Shown: positions 50,229 through 63,865, numbered from the whole stretch's first letter. The stretch: 63,865 nucleotides of DNA, filler included, from Reticulomyxa filosa (GCA_000512085.1; 15 parts of 15 records of this genome joined end to end with filler, not necessarily neighbours in it); one strand, 5' to 3'. Numbers and translations are program-made. Notes: a model not told the origin generated them from the letters alone.

Positions 50229-52889
50229 TTGATTGAACAAGCACAAGATCATTTGCAAAAACTCCTTCTTCCAATGTTTGTTAGAAATGTTTCATCCATT
50301 TGAACGAGGAGAAGCATTCACAATTTACTTTTACTTTTTAATTTCGATGTTGTGTTGTGTTTTTTTCTGCCTTTCTTTTTTTTTTTTTTTTCTTGGTTGT
50401 TTTGTTGCCTTGTTTGGTATGAGGCAAGGAGATTTCTTTGTATAAAAACAATCATCACACACACTTCTTGCGACAATGTATCAACAAAAATTTTTGAATG
50501 TCGATTTTCAATTCCTTCGTACTGTTGTTTCAGCAATTTTTTTTCTAACATTTGGATCCATATGTAAAACAATTGATATAAATCTCAGTCAATCGTGATA
50601 ATAAAAAAAACAAGAAAGTACACTTGGAACAAATGAATTTCACAAAGAGGCTTCTCACAATAATATAACAAAAATAACATAAAAAATTAAGATTTTTTAC
50701 TCGAACACAGTTATCTTTCTAACGAAAGAGCTCACAATGAACATATGTTGTCATATTCTTGTGTTTTGCTTTATATTTTAAAAAAATAAAATATATAACT
50801 TAAGTTTTGCTCTTAGTTTATCACGATTGGTCAGCACAATGAGTGTCAATATGATTGATTTTCATGGGCGTTTCTGTTTAATAACAGAAATTAGAACTAC
50901 AGATCCCACTTCTAGTCTCACTAGTGCTACTGAGACAAGTCAACTGATTATTGCGTATTTTACTGAATCATTTTCTTCGGAGTGGAAATAGATTATTAGT
51001 TAGTTGTGCGTAAAAATGTATGTTGGATTTATCACAACATATTATAAATTCATAAATATATTTATAAATATTTTGAACTAGAAACTACATTTTTTATATA
51101 ATACTATGCACTTCGAAATTTCAAGCAATCATTTTTGTACAAACATGATTATAATGACTTTTAATATGAAAAATTAGTACATTGTAAAATTCTTGGATTT
51201 TTTTTACGGAATATAGTTATTAAAAAAAATTTAATTGTCAATCAAAACTAATCTACATTACTACTTGTTAGAATTCAAAATTTTTAAAAAAATGCTAACA
51301 CAATTTTGTAATGCACATGGAAGAAATTAAAAAGACTTGAAATGTATACTAAATGGGGAAACAAGAAATATGGGATAAACTTGACATTGATGCCGTTGCA
51401 CATGACATTTAAGTTGGTGCGAATATGTCAAGGATTTTCTTTTTTTTGCGCTGTTGTTGCTCCTTGTTTGTTCATCAACATTTGTAAGCACTTTGTTAAT
51501 TTAAAACATTATCTTCAGTCATTTTTAAGACATAGGGGAACGTTTTTCCATTATTCTTTTGCACTGGAGGACGTGAAGATAAAAAAAATTTTAAATCTAT
51601 TTATCAGCATATTAACTTTTGTCAAAAAAATTGTATTTCGAAGGTGAAAAACGTTGAACCCGCAAGATCGTTCGTAATCTAAGAGGTTTTGAAATGGAGC
51701 TATTAAAGATTTCGTAATATTGTTAGCGAAAGTGTGACTTCATCACTTTTGTTAATTTTTTGGCATGGAAATAGAATTGGATCACAAGAGATTAATGTGG
51801 TTGAATGACAAGTAATTATTACATCAAACACAAGAGGATTCCAATGTGGCATATCACAGCTGAGTTGTTATTGAGATTTACTGAGACGATCCACAAATCA
51901 TTCGACTGAAATTCAGTAACTTTTGTTGTGTTATTGGATATCTCTGCAGCGTATAGAAACAAGCCAAAATAGGGGTAAAAAAGTGCTAAATGTCTATGGA
52001 AACTGTTAACCAAAGTAAATTGCATATTTTTTTTTCATTAATTTGTTTGAATTAGCATCATTTTTGACAATTTTCATTCAGTACGTATTAAAGTTTTTGT
52101 GAATGCAACCAGTTGGAACCAACACCACGCTGTGTTTCCTTTTTGAATTGTGAGCTACTGGATTTCTTCAGGGATCAAAATATGCGTTGATACAATTTAG
52201 GAAAGAAATCTTTATGTTTCATTTTTTCTTTCAGATTTTTGATATTAAATATGTTATTTTACTTTTGGTTTTTAGTGATGAAACGCGCAAATATTGTTTT
52301 ATTGATTACTTTGTACTAAAAAAAAATTAGATGGAAAGTGGATGATTGATAGCTTATTATCAGATCGACTTGGAAGAGTTACAGTAGGTTGCAAAGAAAA
52401 CTGAACGCCTAAAACATATCTTATGATGATAATTGATTTTCTCAATGAAAAATCAACATTTAGACTTAATTTTTTTTTAAAAAAATATCTACAAGTCTTG
52501 TAGTTTTTAAATATGATATTAATTTTTTAATAACTTTTTTTTTTGTTGGATGAAATCACACATTCTTTCAAATGATTTTTGAAAATTCTGCGAGAATGCG
52601 TATNNNNNNNNNNNNNNNNNNNNNNNNNNNNNNNNNNNNNNNNNNNNTTAATTAATTAANNNNNNNNNNNNNNNNNNNNNNNNNNNNNNNNNNNNNNNNN
52701 NNNTTATTATTATTATTGTGATGATTCGTTGTGTAAATATATACATATATTTTATATACAAATGTTTTATTGCTCTCTTTTGCACACTCCCTTTGTATTT
52801 GTCCTTGAATGAAGAAGAGATAAATGCACACATATACATATATACATATATACATATATATATATATACATATGTATATGATTGAACAG

Positions 52890-53904
52890 TTGGTCTGCAA
52901 ACTGAAAGGAGAGTCCGCGTTGTGGTAAACGCATACCAAATTACAAAAGAGCACGAACAGGTGCATAGATACGAAGTGAGATTCACTCGGACGAATGACG
53001 AGACAAAAGAAAAGGAAGAACTGCCTTTGGACGAACATATATTACGTATTCGAGCATTACTTGGGTTTCGTTTGCTTTTTTTTTTTTTGAATACACATTG
53101 TCTCAATATTCAAAAAAAAAAAAAGAATCGAAACGAAATAAAAAAGAAGTCGCAAAAAAAATAAGAAATTTAAATCGGATATTTAAAAGAGACAGTGTTC
53201 GGACATTTGATAATCAACTTTTAAATGTCATTGGACCAAAAGCCGAAAGCACAACGTTCAAGAAGGGAGACCATGACGACGAAGTTCGTTTGTTGTATTT
53301 TTTTTTTTTTTTTACGCGAAATTTCTTTTTTTTTTCCCCCCCTTCTCTCTTTCCCTTCCTCTCTTATATCCACTTCCTTTTTTTTTAATCTTCTCTCTGG
53401 TCAAACCTTTCCCTTTTTTTTTTTTGGTTTTGTGTGCGTAGTTCTGTTGTTCGGGGTTGTTCCTGTTTTCTCCTCGCTCCGTTTTTTTTTTTAATGAAGA
53501 GGACATCAAAAAAATTGAAATGCGTTTTTGGTGAGAATGGGCTTGTGATGTTGATAATGATAATGATGGGGGGGGGGAATATAGTGGGAACTGTCGATAA
53601 TCTATAAAGACACATTGTCATTTTCCGAAATGAGCAAAGGAAAAACAGGCACCTCAGTTGCGCAATTGTTCAATTTGGCAAACCGAAGTCGTATGCACCG
53701 AGCCAAGTTCACTCGTCTGGGAGACGAGGGGCCATGGGTCGACACGCTACAACGGTTAGTGTATATGTGTCATATTTACTGTTCTTATATTGTTGATAAA
53801 ATCGCTCATATCACGCAGGTTGAAGCAGACACAAGAATTGCCCGGAAATAAAGGAGATTTGCGCAGTCCAAATGTTACTATTCATTAGTTTAATAACTTG
53901 CGTC

Positions 53905-53940
<36 letters not shown>

Positions 53941-55540
53941 AGGGATAATCCAATAAAAGTCAAACTTTTTTTTTGTGATTTGTTTTTTGATTGGTTTCGG
54001 ACTTTTTCTTTCTCCGTCAAAAAAATAAAAATAAAAAAAATTGGGTGACAAAAGTGGATACGACTCTACGATCCGCTGCACGTCTGTTGGGCCATGCATG
54101 CTAGTTGACATCAAACCAAAGCTTTTAATGAGTGAATCTGTTAAGATAAATTATATTCAAAAGGAAAGAGAAAAAAAAAAGAGGGAGGGAAACAAATGTG
54201 GTCAAAAAGCTATCATTGCAACAACCAACAATCAACAATCAACAACCAACACAGCTCGGTGAGTTGATCGAGTCAATGGCAAGAAATTTTCGTGACGATT
54301 CTTTAATTCAAGAAGTAGAGAGATTTAAAGGTATGTTTAGAACCTTCTTCCCTCTTTTCTTTTTGCATTTCCATGTGTTTATGTGTGTATGATACGATAT
54401 CATTACAAAAAAAAAAAAAAAAAAAAAACAAGGAAAATCTGCGTTTTTATTATACAACTTCCGTAACATTCATTGCTTCAACTTTGACTTTAATGAAAAT
54501 GAAACCACGACCTTTGAGAGAAGAAAAAAAGGTATTCGATCACAAACAGAAAAGCCCGAAGTAGAAAAGATATCGTACAAAGATTATTTGAAAGAGGCCT
54601 GGAATGTCTCCTCTCCTCTGCAAGAACGTTGCGTCGTCAAAATGGGTCGACAGGCCTTTTTGCCACAGCACATTGTCTTACCAGTCGCCAATGAGGTTTA
54701 CGATACTTTTTTTGGACACATAAGACATATGCATTCTTTATATATATATGTGTGTATATATGTATATTTACTGATTGACACAGTATATTCATCCAACACA
54801 TCAACAACACCAAAAAGATGATCGACAGTCGTCGAACACAAGTATTGCAATATACAACACTTCCACCAAGCAAGCGTTTCGATCTCATTGGGCAATTCAT
54901 TTCTTACACAAACAACTTGATGGTATCTTGTTTGTTTTTTTGTTTTTGGGAATTAATGAAACGAAGTCAACAGTATTTTGTCGTTTGTATATATGGGGGG
55001 TCTTTCTCCTTTTCTATTGACCCGTCGTATGTGCCCCCTTTTTATTCGCTTGGTTTTGCAACCAACACAAACATGATCTGATATGTCAATCACAGGACTC
55101 AAAGGACTCAAAAGAATCAAAAAAAGCGTTTTCAGTGGCGGAGAAACCTTTGGAAGTTAATCCGTGTGTATTGCCACCGCCGCGACTTTGCATAGTGGGA
55201 AAGCAAAGCGATATTCACAAGCTCGAGTGTCCACACGAACTCGACCAATACAAAAATATTGGAGGGTTTAATGGTGACACACGAGGGCTGCCAACTATCA
55301 ACATGTTGATAGTTCATCACCTCGATGACCAAGACACCGCCAACACCATAAAGGAGCACGTTAATGCCTTTTTATTTTCTCGAAGGTTTCCACAAGCTCC
55401 AATTCAACACATTGAACCTTTTCCAATCGACTTGTTCAATGAGACCAATCTTAGCACGGCCTTGTCCAAAAATGATCCCGCTGGATGGCATTTAATTTTC
55501 CTCGTTTTGCCCAGAGCAGAAGGAAAGGAGGCTTCCAAGG
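52890..55540 (+). CDS. Divergent Argonaute/Piwi-family protein (N, L1, PAZ, L2, start of MID), truncated at both contig ends
   Basis: In order: VVVNAYQI...VHRYEVRF (N), GYDSTIRCTSVGPCMLVDI (L1), YKDYLKEAWNV...AFLPQHI (PAZ), YTTLPPSKRFDLIGQFI and PLEVNPCVLPPPRL (L2), LIFLVLP (MID). Confidence 0.78.
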
Positions 55541-56665
55541 TCTATATATATACACACACACAATATATATANNNNNNNNNNNNNNNNNNNNNNNNNNNNN
55601 NNNNNNNNNNNNNNNTTAATTAATTAANNNNNNNNNNNNNNNNNNNNNNNNNNNNNNNNNNNNNNNNNNNNTTTCATGGAGAAAATCGATTCTCTTCATA
55701 TAGTGCCTTTAGGTATGGCAGTTTTTTTTGCAATCTACTGTAACAGTTGTTTTTCCAACGATTTCAAATCAGGAAAATTCTTCAAGAAATTTTCGAACAC
55801 CCTTGACAAACCGAAATACTGATCTTGACTTTTCAAAATGAACTTCAAACCTCTACAGACGTCGAAGTCAGTAACTAACTCAAGCACAAATCTTCAAAAC
55901 ACAACTTTCGAAAATTTCGGAAATGTTGAAAATGATTATTAAGTTTGCTTTTTTTTTTAACGAATAAATAAGCGTAAACTTGCTTTAACAATATTTTGAG
56001 TTTTGTCCTAGTATATTCAATATTTAACTAAATTGCTTTATCAATATTTTGATTGGCTTTTGTTTCATTATTTGACCAATTACATTGTGTCAACTGTGAC
56101 AAACTATACATCATACTTTTTTTGATGCGTCTCCTTCACCACATATTTGTTATGTCACATAAACGTGACAGCTGTGCCATTAATAAAGATCCGGGTCCGG
56201 TGATAATTCGAAAATTTTCTTTTTAAAAGCTGTGCTTTACTAGAACCGACAACTGTTTTTGAACGAATAATTTGATAACTGTAGCCCTACACTTCAAAAT
56301 AGATCTAACGAAAGATTGAAAGCAAAAAAATAAAAGACTTTATAGATCTATGATCTTTTTGACAATTTTTTCATCAATAAAGGATTGGATAGTGAGCAAA
56401 AGCTATGTGCTCATAGTTAAATTTGATGTGAACTGAATTGTAGAAATGGGGTTGTAGCAAATGGATGCTTAATGAAGCCAAGGACAAAAACAAAAATGTA
56501 TGACAAAGAATAACAAAAAAAAAAAGATATTGTCAATTTTTCCCACGAAAATCACAGTAGAATTAGTGGAAAGACAAGTGATTAGTTTGTTTGTTGTTTT
56601 TAAAAACAATGTAAGTTTGAGATCACAATGTATTGTGTTCGGAGTTAAAAAAAAGAGGGGAGTAA

Positions 56666-58133
56666 TTAATCTTCATCCATGTCAGTAACATCTAAAATCT
56701 CGAATCTTCTTTGCTCATGCGGTTCATAAGGGGCAATTTTGTAGATTAGAACAAGAGAGGCCGTGGCCAAAGCATCAAACCACTGGCCAATTTCCAATTG
56801 TGTGCTCAACCACAACCACTCTAAGACGGATGTGCCCAAACTGGCGGTGGTGTGTACTAAAGTGGCAGCCACCGAAGTCAAATACTTGATAATCGCGAAA
56901 ACAATAATGGAATTGAATACACGCCAAATGAGCAAGAAAACGGTTTTGATAGAATACCCACGGAACACACCAGAACGACCATGGTGTGTTTTTCCAATGA
57001 AAGTGCTCCAGTCGTCAAACAGCCAAAAAAAAAAAGTGAACATTGCAGAATAAAATGTGACCCAAAATTGTTGTTCAGTGAATGACATCCGTTGACTTAA
57101 AGCACTTTTGAATTTTTTTTCCATGTAGACAACATTGATACTTTCCAATACAATATATAGTAGCATCAAAAATGATCCTAGCCAAAACCACTCCGCAGAG
57201 ATGTGTCTTTTTTTTTAAAAAAAAAACGTTGTTTGGATTTTTAGTGTTGAACTCGAAGAATCCATATACGTCATATGTATTACATATATGTACACATATG
57301 TATATATAAGTTATGTCATATGTGCTAATGTAACGTGGAGTCATCGGAATTATCATTTTTATTTTTGGTGTCTTTGAAAAAAGCAATGTCTTGCGAGGCA
57401 AAGCTCGACGTCGCAGCGGTAATTCCGATCAAGGCAAACCATTGAATGCCCGATGGCTTTTCGCGAAACAAAAAGCCACGAATGGCGGCGGTGCACGGAA
57501 CAACCAAGTTTCGAATGATTGCAAATGTGCTTGCCGGCATATGTGCAAGAATATTGAAAATGCAAATGTCCATAACAAGGATCATCAGCCCATTAAAACA
57601 AAACACGGACCCATCCTTACAACAAGTCTTCAAAGATCGCTGTTGATTGGCACTGCCATTTGCAATGATTCCATTGCCACGGCCTTGCGATGAAATATGA
57701 TGTGGCGATCCATGTCCACGATCGCCACCGAATGTTGTCAGTTCTACCAAATCATCGTCCATCTCTTCCATTCCATCCACGCCGTCAAAGACCTCTAATC
57801 ACATACACATTCATTTTTTTTTTTCTCATAATATATATATATATATTTATTTATATGTGTCTTAATTGAGACATGTTGTTCGAACACACCTAATTCCAAT
57901 GGGTCAATGGTCTGAGAATGAGATATTTTCTTAGGTCTGACACAATGAATACAACCTTTGACAGCAATAATTAGCAAATAAAGTATCAATAATAAAACGT
58001 GTTTTAGACATACCACGGAGGCGTATCTATATGGATAATGAGATTGACCCTCTTTTGACCATGGAATCAATAATAAATCGACACTGTTCATTATAAATGC
58101 TACAATCGCTAAAATTACACCCAAATTTATCAT
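56666..58133 (-). CDS. SLC35A-type nucleotide-sugar transporter (CMP-sialic acid/UDP-Gal family), three exons
   Basis: YASVVCL, MPASTFAIIRNL...TA...LF.....IQWFAL, VYMEKKFK, VFRGYS and IIKY motifs, with multiple TMs. Confidence 0.85.
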
Positions 58134-58657
58134 GTTCTTTGTTCACATTACATCATTTGCAAATGTCCATCGTTTTTCAAATGTTTCACAAACAAAAACC
58201 AAAACTGCAACTTACAAACAACACAGTACAAAACAGTCCTAAAACGACATTAAAGTGCCCTTTTCTTACCAGATAATTATTTATTGTCTCACAACATCCC
58301 TCATGCTCGCGTGAACCCATTCTTTCTTTTGGTTTTCAATGTTAGTGCTATTGGCCTAAATAATAAAAAAGGATGTCCACAATAGAACTTTTGCAAAACG
58401 TGAGAGTTTACGAAGTAGTAAAGTCAAGCAAAAAATTACAAATAATCTAGATCAAACATAATAATTTGAAAGTATATCCGCTTTCTTGCAAGCAAGATTC
58501 TTCATTTTATGTTATTGAGTAGGCCCTGCAAAAGTATTAGAAAAGAGTTTAATTAGTGAAATTTTGTTGTATCATCAATTACAAAATGCGGTTATGTCAT
58601 TGTTCTGATTTGTTGAATTAATAATAAAAGATCAAGAAATACTTGGACAAGACTATT

Positions 58658-59231
58658 TTAATAGACCTGCCCAGCGTGCAAGACAAGTTTTTTCAAACGT
58701 TTTTGTCGCAATTCTAATGGAATTGCACTTGTAATTGCCGTTCCCAAAGGCTCTGTTTTTGTTGCCCATCTTTTGGCTGCCTTAGTGGAAGCCAACTGTT
58801 CTTTGGTGGCTTTTTTTAACAAAATTGCACGGTTTTGATTGAATTGGATGAATGAACCATCAGGTCTTCGATGCTTTTTTCTTGTACAAATTAATAGCCC
58901 TATCAAATTTCAAAAATCATTGAAATAAATACATATGGCCCATTTTCAACTCTTTTCATTGCGCAAACGCACCTTTTATAATTTGTTTTCTTTGAACACT
59001 TTTTCCCAAAGATGCCCTTTTAACAAATCCGATGAAAGCTCTTCCTAAATAGACATTGTTAAGTGCATGTTGCTTCACTGGAGCAATAACTTCCAGCAGT
59101 TTCGCCCCAGTATTGTCAAAACAACCGACTTTACTTTTCAATCTCAACATGTGTCGAACTCCCAATAGATGAAGAGCTCCAGTTTGATGAAAAGTCGGTA
59201 CTGGCAATAGATTATGACGAAATGGAAACAT
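58658..59231 (-). CDS. MRPL14: Nuclear-encoded mitochondrial ribosomal protein uL14m, two exons
   Basis: Presequence ending VRH, then ML...FDNTGAK. Intron 58972-58900. RRPDGSFIQFNQNRAILL and EPLGTAI...IPLELR match uL14. Confidence 0.85.
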
Positions 59232-59455
59232 AATTCACGTTCAATGATTTTTGAAGACCGTCCCTCTTTTTAGTCGTCTGTCAGCTTTTTTAAAGAAGCG
59301 AGTAATTTCAATTAAATATACTGTTTTAGTTCTAACTTTTTAAATTTTCTTATAAGCTCCGAACAGCAACTTCTACAAAACGCTTCATAAGGGGCGTGCT
59401 TACAACTGAAAAGAGAAAAACTAAAACTCCAGAGCACTTTCATCCAAATTTGAAC

Positions 59456-60120
59456 ATGTCAACAGGGCAGGCGCATTCTGTAAAACATGGTCAATACAAC
59501 TATCCTCCCTATACATTGTTTCATCCAGGGCTGCCAAATAAAAGTCGTTCAACGAAGAAAACGCCTTCCATTGTGATTGGGGCAGAAGAAATCCCAGCAA
59601 TCCCAAACCACGACTACAAACTGGACCTTGTAATTGACGACTACGAAAAAGGTACGAGTCAACATGCGAAAACACATAACCCAAGAGAAAACAGCCACAA
59701 AAGAAGAGAGGAAGAGACACATTAAAAATATAACGTGTTTTTGGTTTGCAATCAAAAGCATTTCAATAAGTTGCGAAACATTGTCATAGGCGAAGTGAAT
59801 CAAATGGATGCTGTCATAAACACAGCTGCCACAAATTCAAGCAAAAACTCTACAACGCAGAAGAGTTTGATTTCAAAAACTGTGAAAAAAGCCAGTGTGG
59901 AAACATTGAATAAAAATATGGACTATAACTACATTAACGCAACTCAAAACCAATCCCTCTATTCCAACAAAGTCTATCTTAGCAAGACAACACCGAACAT
60001 CGAGCATGGCCAATTGAAAGTCCGAGACCAAATCACCACGCACACTAATGACTACAATCTCAACAACAAAGATCATAACCACATTCATGCGTTCCCCATT
60101 TACAAACAGCTTTCACTAGG
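59456..60120 (+). CDS. Hypothetical low-complexity protein, partial
   Basis: ATG-initiated ORF and a following N/T/K-rich exon, divergent from uL14m. Confidence 0.4.
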
Positions 60121-60599
60121 TACTGCTTCCATTTCCTCTTTTTTTTTTTTTTTTTTGGTTTTTGCTTTTCTCTCCATTTCCGATTCTGAAAGCAACAAGA
60201 AGGCAAAAAAAATTGGAGAAAGAAGCATGCAAGAAGGGGAGGAAGAAAAAAAAAAAAAAGTAATAAAACTTGTCATTGATGCAAATGCTAGTTTTTGTTT
60301 TGCATGCGCATATAAATTACTTCTTGGTTCATGCAAAGAGGAGGGGGGGGGNNNNNNNNNNNNNNNNNNNNNNNNNNNNNNNNNNNNNNNNNNNNTTAAT
60401 TAATTAANNNNNNNNNNNNNNNNNNNNNNNNNNNNNNNNNNNNNNNNNNNNTTCAGAACGCGTACTGAGAGGTGACCTTATTATAACTTTCACTTGGGTA
60501 GTACCAGTACGATTTCACGTACCAGATTAAGCATTGTTAAATGGATTTTTTTTTATAATAGACAACAGAGTCAATTGTATTGCTACATTGATTGTTTAC

Positions 60600-61820
60600 A
60601 GTTAAAAAATTTGTGATGACTGTAAACACAATAAAATTTGATCTTTATTTTAAAAAAATTACTTATAAGCACCAAATTTGAATTGTACGATCAGCAGAAC
60701 ATGCTGTAATTCGATCCCCATTTTTAGATATATCCACACATAATATACCATTTTAATGCACTTCCAATTTTTTTATTTACTTTCCTAATTTTATGTCATA
60801 AATTCGAATTGCATTATCACGTAAATATGATGCAAGTGTTAAACTATCTGGAAAATATTTTAAAGCGTTTACATAATTTAAACTTCCTTTCAATATTTTA
60901 GATCTTTTTCATGTTATATTTTTTGTTATAATTTTTAAATCCGCTGAACTATATGCAATATGTTGTCTATCTGGAGAAAATATTACATAGTTGTGCAAAC
61001 ATAGAATTTGAATTGTTTCAATATTTTACCAAAATTTTAAATCATATATTTACCTAAGTTTATTTTAATATTCATTATATTAATTCCTGTAGGAATATGC
61101 AATAATTGAATCATTCTATCGATTGAACATGAAACAACATTATTTCCATATGGTGAAAATTTTGCGATAAATATATTATTGTTATGCCATCTGAAAATCA
61201 TAATTTCTTTTCCCAAAGAAATGTCTCATATTCGAACAGTATTATCGTTTGATGACGAAACAATTTTTTTGCCATCACCAGAAAGCATTACACTATTTAC
61301 TATATCGTCATGACCGAGTAAAATTTTTAATAATCGAAAGCAGATTATATATTCATAAATCAACTATAATTTTCATTTATAAAATATATAAATAATATTA
61401 CTTAACATATCTTGAAATCATTTTATTAAAATCATCGATCCAAATAACGGCAATGCAAATTTAAGAAAGTATTTAATAACAATTTTTATTTCATTTTCAG
61501 TCTATTATTTATATTTTATTTTGATATTTTTGCATGTATATGTGTTTGTTATATATTCCAGTTATTAGTAGCACCACCAATTAAATGTATCTTGGTATTG
61601 TCTTCATTCAATATATCAAAAGAATATCTAAATAGTATAGGTAATTAACAAATTGAAATGTATTTAAGTCAAATAGCATAATATTATTAATTATTAAATA
61701 TATCATAGTTGCACCGTTATTTTTATTGTATTCATTATATTCAAATATATTATTTGTGTTATTGTGTAAATTATTATTCAAACAACATTGGAACAAGTAT
61801 TCATAATGTATTATAAGCAA
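60600..61820 (-). pseudogene. Degraded Kelch/linker/WD40 family copy
   Basis: Minus strand has WIDDFNKMISRYV (linker motif) and LLGHDDIVNSVMLSGDGKKIASSSNDNTVRI*D (TGG>TGA), with more broken WD repeats. Boundaries approximate. Confidence 0.75.
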
Positions 61821-62686
61821 CTATTTAGTGAAATTAAACTTGAATTCATTTTTAAAAAATAAAAATTTTATATTATTTATTAAATAAAATAGAATATTAT
61901 TTTTTTTGTTTGACTGGACAATACAGCATAATGCAAATGAAAGTTGACACATAAAATTACGCCTAAAATTTGAATATTTTATTGATTTTTGAAAATTTTC
62001 GAGAAAAAGTTGATAACTTTTTTTAAAGCTTTTTCAGAAAGTGCAGATATTTTTTGAAATAAAAAAAGATTATGTCCAAGAAGAAAATTGATCATATATA
62101 TAAAGTGATGTTTCATTTGTCAAATTTCTTTTTCGGATATACAAAACCTTATTTAAAACTATGATTATGTAATAGTCATAACAATTTGTAAACAGATCAT
62201 AAAAGCACTTTCTTTTAATAAAACTCAGGATCCAGGTAAAACTAATTTATCGAATCCTTAAAATCAATTTTATATATTATTTGTAAAATAATAGTTATGT
62301 TATAAAAAAGCAAAATTGAGGACATAAAGTTTAATTAAAAAAAAATGAAAATTGAAAACAAATAAAATAATAAAAACTAATTGTTAGTATAATTGCTTTT
62401 TTTTAAAAGTGATATGTTTAAATCAACTAATTTTGATAAAATTTTTTTGAAAATAATATATGTACAGAAAAATTGCAAAATGAAGAAATTTCATTGATAA
62501 TGTATTTTAAATTGTCACCACATAAAAATAAAATTAAAAATATTTGATCAGCTGATCCAGAATAAATGAATTGACAATCATCAAATNNNNNNNNNNNNNN
62601 NNNNNNNNNNNNNNNNNNNNNNNNNNNNNNTTAATTAATTAANNNNNNNNNNNNNNNNNNNNNNNNNNNNNNNNNNNNNNNNNNNN

Positions 62687-62724
<38 letters not shown>

Positions 62725-62879
62725 AAAGGTGTATTTTATGTTATTTTCCAAATTTTTTTGGATAGGCTCCAACTTTCTTTTACAAAAGCACGTATACATA
62801 TAAATATATATATTTTTGATTTGGACTCTTTTTGAGTGGAAAGGGGGGAAAAAATAGAAAAGTGGACAACAACTCAACT

Positions 62880-63742
62880 CCAGCTTCATCTGCAAAATGT
62901 TGAAATAGCTCTTGTGTGATAAACTCGTATTCAAAGGTATTTGACGAATCAATATTTAAAGGCCGGATTTTGGCATTTTTATTTCCGACTTTTTCTTTGT
63001 ACCTTTTTTTGATGAACTTGGCAATGGTGGGCCAATCGCCAAAGCTGTTTCGTTGAAAGCGGTCGACCCAAAAATCGCGCGCCTCCTTATCGCGGATCTT
63101 TTCGCGAATCTGTCCGAGCTGGATCTCGCCGACGCAGATGGGCACGTAATAGCGAGGATGCAGCAAGTGGGCATGTTTATGTTCGAGGACCTGATTGGCA
63201 ACGAAGCGATACAAGTTGTTGGGCTCGTCGAGCATTTCGCCTTGCGTGAAGGCGAGGATCACATAGTTGATCGCCTCGGGGACGCCTTTGCATTCGCGAA
63301 TCAGCTTTTCGATTTTCTCGGCTTCGATCTTCTTTGCAATGTGGAAGAAGTGCGTCTTCTTCATTAGCGACCAAAACAGCTCGCGGATGTCTTCATCCGC
63401 CATTGCGCGAAGACGCATGGTGCTTCGGGGGATACGTAGCAGCATTGGCGTTTGCAACTCGTCCAAAGTGGTCCCCATCGTGGTCACTATGCGGATATTC
63501 GTTTGCTGACACAGATAGTACAGACACTCGTCCACACGCTGTCGTCGCTGCAAATGTCGCACCGAACACGCGTCCACGTCCTCAATCGCTAGCAAGTACT
63601 TGCGATGCTTCAACTCGTTTGCCAATGCCTCGTTCGTCACGCATCGCTTCATCTGCACTTGCGAGTCCAGCAAGTGGTCCGATATTATCTCGGCCACGCT
63701 ACTTTGCACTTTCTCTTGCAAAGTCTTGTAAATGTCAATCAA
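62880..63742 (-). CDS. Internal exon of an NB-ARC/STAND-like NTPase protein followed by a Cbl EF-hand-like segment
   Basis: RKYLLAIEDV (Walker B/kinase-2), IRIVTTM (RNBS-B), MRLRAMADEDIRELF (RNBS-C) and LIRECKGVPEAI (GLPL-like) in canonical order. Then IRDKEARDFWVDRF....DWPTI. Confidence 0.6.
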
Positions 63743-63827
63743 AAATTCCCGTCAAAGTATGTCTTTCCCACAAATATTCAAATGTTCGGTTTAGTAATGC
63801 CGTTTTTCCAAATCCTTTGTTATATTA

Positions 63828-63865
<38 letters not shown>

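Noticed and set aside
50600-52603. Possible RNA gene or CDS in the AT-rich stretch
   Set aside because: No tRNA/rRNA signature or credible protein motif seen; none was found elsewhere in the window either.

Overview
This window is not one locus. It is 15 unrelated contigs joined by 14 artificial 100-nt linkers (44 N + TTAATTAATTAA + 44 N). Thirteen contigs are AT-rich, intron-containing eukaryotic DNA. Their expanded Kelch/WD40 and HEAT-like families, pseudogenes and short poly-A/T introns look like the foraminiferan Reticulomyxa filosa (inference). Recognisable eukaryotic genes: a Tudor-like microprotein, an AIG1/FAR-17a-like membrane protein, a coiled-coil/GAR protein, a Serinc-like protein, a B9-domain protein, a fucosyltransferase-like protein, a Ubc12-like E2, G6P 1-epimerase, Kelch-WD40, a TBC1D13-like RabGAP, a chromodomain protein, an ARM protein, a REJ protein, an acylated C2 protein, a divergent Argonaute/Piwi, an SLC35A transporter, a nuclear uL14m and an NB-ARC-like protein. 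Two contigs are bacterial. 19682-26346 is an AT-rich Rickettsiales-like fragment (lpxC, RNase D-like, GT4, epimerase, TPR, IS630/IS6/IS1-like remnants). 33047-34127 is a GC-rich proteobacterial TRAP dctP fragment. Best unannotated signals: (1) a TrpL-like WW leader peptide with a perfect extended -10 upstream of an ABC substrate-binding gene in the Rickettsiales-like contig; (2) a 109-bp IS6-ended mini-element that supplies a new N-terminus to a truncated transposase; (3) an NB-ARC domain followed by a Cbl/EF-hand-like segment; (4) a divergent Argonaute. All homology calls come from motif recognition by eye; no searches were run.
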